Source of the DNA: Candidatus Obscuribacteraceae bacterium
GTDB lineage: Bacteria; Cyanobacteriota; Vampirovibrionia; Obscuribacterales; Obscuribacteraceae
DNA length: 64,000 nucleotides
Reading direction: 5' to 3'
NCBI GenBank assembly: GCA_044226015.1
Contig: JBGAHS010000010.1
Span: 348,793-412,792 of the forward strand
This document shows positions 60,000 to 64,000 of this stretch, in pieces. The notes below the pieces were generated by a model, which did no database searches, was not told where the DNA came from, and saw only the letters and a list, made by a program, of their open reading frames with translations. Every line of letters begins with the position of its first letter. The stretch's first letter is position 1. Both the position numbers and the translations under genes were made by a program.

Positions 60000-60186
60000 G
60001 TTGTTTGCGATTGCATTGTTTCCAGTGTTGTTTGCGATTGCATTGCTGCCAATGTTGCTTGCGATTGCATTGTTGCCAATGTTGCTTGCGATTGCATTGT
60101 TTCCAGTGTTGTTTGCGATTGCATTGCTGCCAATGTTGCTTGCGATTGCATTGTTGCCAATGTTGCTTGCGATTGCATTGCTGCCA
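60000..60186 (-). repeat. 27-bp coding repeat x6-7 (NAIASNIGN)
   Basis: Seen in DNA and translation. Confidence 0.9.
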
Positions 60187-60329
60187 GTAACCACTGCAGC
60201 AACGGCAAGTGCTCCAATCTCCTTGTTGATGGATGCTAGAGTTTTTGCATCTATTGTATTGGATTCGGAACTATGAAGTTCGTTGCTCAATGTAGCTGCT
60301 TGTGTTGTGTAGGCAAGCTCGCTAGTTCC

Positions 60330-61097
60330 GGAATTGAATCCGTTGTTGATGAAGCGGTTCGAAGCATTTACATTAGCAATGTTGTTGCCGCTGTTGATGA
60401 AGCGGTTCGAAGCATTTACATTAGCAATGTTGTTGCCGTTGTTGATGAAGCGGTTCGAATTATTTGCACTCGCAATGTTGTTGCCGTTGTTGATGAAGCG
60501 GTTCGAAGTAGTTGCATTAGCGATGTTGTTGCCGTTGTTGAAGTTGCGGTTCGAAGCATTTTCACTAGCAATGTTGTTGCCGTTGTTGAAGTTGCGGTTC
60601 GAAGTAGTTGCATTAGCGATGTTGTTGCCGTTGTTGAAGTTGCGGTTCGAAGCATTTGCATTAGCGTTGTTGTTGCCGCTGTTCAGGTCACGGTTCGAAG
60701 CATTTGCATTAGCAATGTTGTTGCCGCTGTTCAGGTCGCGGTTCGAAGCATTTACATTAGCAATGTTGTTGCCGTTGTTCAGGTCACGGTTCGAAGCATT
60801 TGCATTAGCAACGTTGTTGCCGTTGTTGAAGTTGCGGTTCGAATTATTTGCGTTAGCGATGTTGTTGCCGTTGATGAAGTTGCGGTTCGAAGCATTTGCA
60901 CTAGCAATGTTGTTGCCGCTGTTCAGGTCGCGGTTTGAAGCATTTACATTAGCAATGTTGTTGCCGTTGTTCAGGTCGCGGTTCGAATTATTTGCGTTAG
61001 CGATGTTGTTGCCGCTGTTCAGGTCACGGTTCGAAGCATTTGCATTAGCAACGTTGTTGCCGTTGTTGAAGTTGCGGTTCGAAGCATTTGCATTAGC
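60330..61097 (-). repeat. 48-bp coding repeat x16 (ANANASNRNFNNGNNI)
   Basis: Counted in translation. Confidence 0.92.
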
Positions 61098-61499
61098 CAT
61101 GCTAGTGCCGTTCTTAGCGCCTGCATTTGCGGAGCCAACTACTCGGTCGTAGATGCTCTTTGATTGGTTATTGGATAGCTCAGTGTTTTCATTTTCTGAT
61201 GAGACTGCGTTGCCTGAGGCTCCTGGCAAATTCCATGTGAAGACGATGTCGCTGTTCTTCGCTTGTTTGTTTGCAACGGAACCCTTCGCAATATCCGATT
61301 TGATGAGTGAAGGTGAGCTTGCTGTTGAGTTGGCAAGCGTACCGTTCTTGTAATTTGCTTTATCAAAATTCTGAGGAACAAGAGCTACTGTGCCTGCTTT
61401 GCTGATTCCTGTTGAACGATTATTGGACCATGTTTGGAGGTTCTGACCCAGATTATTCTGAGCGATGTTTTGTTCGTTCAAGTTGGTGGAGTTGAACCC

Positions 61500-62860
61500 G
61501 TTGGCGAACTGGTTGTTGCCATTGGTTCCATTGGATCCATTGTTATTGTTGGCGAACTGGTTGTTGCCGTTACCACCGTTGGTTCCATTGTAATTGTTGG
61601 CGAACTGATTGTTGCCGTTGGCACCATTGGTTCCATTGTTATTGTTGGCGAACTGGTTGTTGCCGTTGGCACCATTGGTTCCATTGTTATTGTTGGCGAA
61701 CTGATTGTTGCCGTTAGCACCGTTGGTTCCATTGTCATTGTTGGCGAACTGGTTGTTGCCGTTGGTTCCATTGGATCCATTGTTATTGTTGGCGAACTGG
61801 TTGTTGCCGTTGGTTCCATTGGATCCATTGTTATTGTTGGCGAACTGGTTGTTGCCGTTAGCACCGTTGGTTCCATTGTTATTGTTGGCAAACTGGTTGT
61901 TGCCGTTGGTTCCCCCATTGGCGCCATTGTTATTGTTGGCGAACTGGTTGTTGCCGTTGGTTCCATTGGCGCCATTGTTATTGTTGGCGAACTGGTTGTT
62001 GCCGTTGGCACCGATGGTTCCATTGTTATTGTTTGCGAACTGGTTGTTGCCGTTGGCACCATTGGTTCCATTGTTATTGTTGGCGAACTGGTTGTTGCCG
62101 TTGATGAACTGGTTGGCACCATTGGTTCCATTGTTATTGTTGGCGAACTGGTTGTTGCCGTTGGTTCCATTGGCGCCATTGTTATTGTTGGCGAACTGGT
62201 TGTTGCCGTTGGCACCGATGGTTCCATTGTTATTGTTTGCGAACTGGTTGTTGCCGTTGGCACCATTGGTTTGTTATTGTTGGCGAACTGGTTGTTGCCG
62301 TTGGTTCCATTGGATCCATTGTTGTTGGCGAACTGGTTGTTGCCGTTGGCACCATTGGTTCCATTGTTATTGTTGGCGAAGTGGTTGTTGCCGTTGGTTC
62401 CATTGGTTCCATTAATATTGTTGGCGAACTGGTTGTTGCCGTTGGCACCGTTGGTTCCATTGTTGTTTGCGAACTGGTTGTTGCCGTTGGCACCGTTGGT
62501 TCCATTGTTGTTTGCGAACTGGTTGTTGCCGTTGGCACCGTTGGTTCCATTTATGTTGTTGGCGAACTGGTTGGTGCCGTTGGCACCGTTGGTTCCATTG
62601 TTGTTTGCGAACTGGTTGTTGCCGTTGGTTCCATTGGATCCATTGTTATTGTTGGCGAACTGGTTGTTGCCGTTGGTTCTATTGGATCCATTGTTATTGT
62701 TGGCGAACTGGTTGTTGCCGTTGGTTCCATTGTTGTTTGCGAACTGGTTGTTGCCGTTGGCACCGTTGGTTCCATTTATGTTGTTGGCGAACTGGTTGTT
62801 GCCGTTGGCACCATTGGTTCCATTGTTATTGTTGGCGAACTGGTTGTTGCCGTTGGTTCC
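61500..62860 (-). repeat. ~45-48-bp coding repeat, roughly 28 copies (NGTNGANGNNQFANNN)
   Basis: Recurrent GGCGAACTGGTTGTTGCCGTTGG core on the + strand. Confidence 0.92.
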
Positions 62861-63894
62861 GCCATCGCTACCGGAGAGTCCTGTGTTATTAGCATTTCCG
62901 TGGCTGACGGTTGGAACAAACACATCAAATGAATGCGAGTGTCCTGATTCGCTAATAAACGAAGCGAGATTTGGTGTGCTTGAGGCACCACCAGTGGTTG
63001 CGGAGATGTCGTTTGGATTTCCTGAGGTCTGTCCTGGGTTTGTTACTCCATGAGCCACAGAAGAAGGCGCATCCGAATTCCGGTTCGTTGCCGTGTGGCT
63101 GTTTCCTAAATTGTTGTTCCCCAGGTTGGTATTTTTCGAGTTCTCATTTGAAAAATTCTTTGAAGAACCTGTCTTGCCAGAGTGATGATTACCAGAATTG
63201 TTGGTGCTAACTGAAGCTATAGTGCCAGTGTTGTTTTTACCGACGTTCTTGCTGGAACTGTTGGAATTCTTGTTGTGTTTGTTTCCGCTATAAAGTTGAA
63301 TGGTGTTTCCAGTTGTCGGCGAACTCGAAAGCAAAGAGCTATTTTGGAATGTAGTTCCGATTAAAGATTGGCCTGGGTTGCCATCTTTTGAATGAGGTGT
63401 GAATGATGATGCTTTTCCTTCAAGGGTAGCAACGTGGACGCCACCAAATCTGTCCTGATGGATTCCAGCCGTGCTGTTTGGTGCGATCGTTACCGTTCCC
63501 AAAGTAGTTCGGATGAACACTGGTACGTCTGTGGCTGCAACTGTGACATTACCTTCTTTGACAGTAATTGTGTGGTCGTCAGTTACTGCGAAAATTGAAC
63601 CTGGTGTCGTCATGATGACAGTTTTTGAATCGCCATCGAATGCATAAGTTTGCAGTTTATAAGTTGATACCACCCATGGTGTCCCAACGGATGCGAGCTT
63701 CGAATCCAGCTTGATGAGTTTGAGGATGTGATCATGTGGAAACATTATTGCTCGCCGTCTGGTTACGTCAGTCGGAGCAATAGTTGTGTTCGGAAGTAAT
63801 GTGATTGGAACTGTGAGTGTCGGTGCAATTGCTGGTGAGCCCACAACTCCAGGAGTTTGGTTCGAAACTGTGTGGTTCGGGTTGCCCGTCGGTC

Positions 63895-64000
63895 CGCCGG
63901 GATTGCCGCCGCCAGGATTGCCGCCGCCACCGCCGCCACCGCCGCCGCCGCCGCCATCGCCGCCGCCACCGCCGCCACCGCCGCCACCGCCGCCATCGCC
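63895..64000 (-). repeat. GGC/GGT repeat encoding a poly-Gly linker
   Basis: (GCC/ACC)n on the + strand, in frame with the 63844 ORF. Confidence 0.85.

Larger units (their letters stand above)
58968..64000 (-). pseudogene. Giant Asn-rich repeat protein with two FecR-like beta domains, starting outside the window; frameshifted near 62270 (real mutation or assembly error)
   Basis: ORFs 61478-63844 and 58968-61481 join in frame if 4 nt (TCCA on + strand) are restored at 62270/62271; the frame stays open through a poly-Gly tract to the window end. Confidence 0.75.

Noticed and set aside
61478..62270. Thr/Ser/Pro mucin-like C-terminal domain of ORF 61478-63844
   Set aside because: Out-of-frame reading after the 4-nt deletion; the same DNA unit encodes the Asn repeat upstream
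60330..62860. CRISPR array
   Set aside because: Units are contiguous, codon-phased and degenerate, with no unique spacers and no cas genes
60005..63053. Long + strand ORFs with hydrophobic or Cys-rich repeats (e.g. 60334-61152, 61434-63053, 62467-62892)
   Set aside because: Antisense shadows of the Asn-rich repeats, which lack stops in several frames
63763..63996. Poly-Ala ORF at the window end
   Set aside because: Alternative frame of the poly-Gly tract that is continuous with the giant gene

Overview
A gene-dense 64-kb stretch of chromosome from a diderm bacterium. The gene content (cyanobacteria-like RNase E beside a TIGR03960/TIGR03936-type radical SAM gene, a short-POTRA Omp85, many TPR, Ser/Thr-kinase and orphan secreted proteins, no photosynthesis genes) suggests non-photosynthetic Cyanobacteriota (Vampirovibrionia/Melainabacteria, possibly Obscuribacterales). 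That placement is an inference. Housekeeping genes include rne, ymdB, tmk, bamA-skp-lpxD-lpxC, a two-component pair, an archaeal-type non-discriminating aspS and dprA. I found no CRISPR array, IS element, prophage, tRNA or rRNA. The most notable signals are missing from, or misread by, the ORF track. (1) A complete ribosome-dependent attenuator lies upstream of aspS: a promoter, a 45-aa leader peptide with NNNNDDNNDD, and alternative protector, antiterminator and terminator hairpins. The control codons match the dual Asp/Asn tRNA specificity of the enzyme. (2) A ~235-nt intergenic RNA candidate has four hairpins, each displaying a C7-C8 loop, followed by a U11 tail (6C/RoxS-like). (3) There is a probable 6S RNA. 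(4) A thioester alpha-2-macroglobulin-like gene with no signal peptide converges on a papain-like peptidase-annexin fusion gene. (5) A pseudo-trypsin is split by a DUF4388-like domain. (6) A giant Asn-rich repeat gene is broken by a single 4-nt deletion. All family assignments come from motif recognition by eye, not from database searches.
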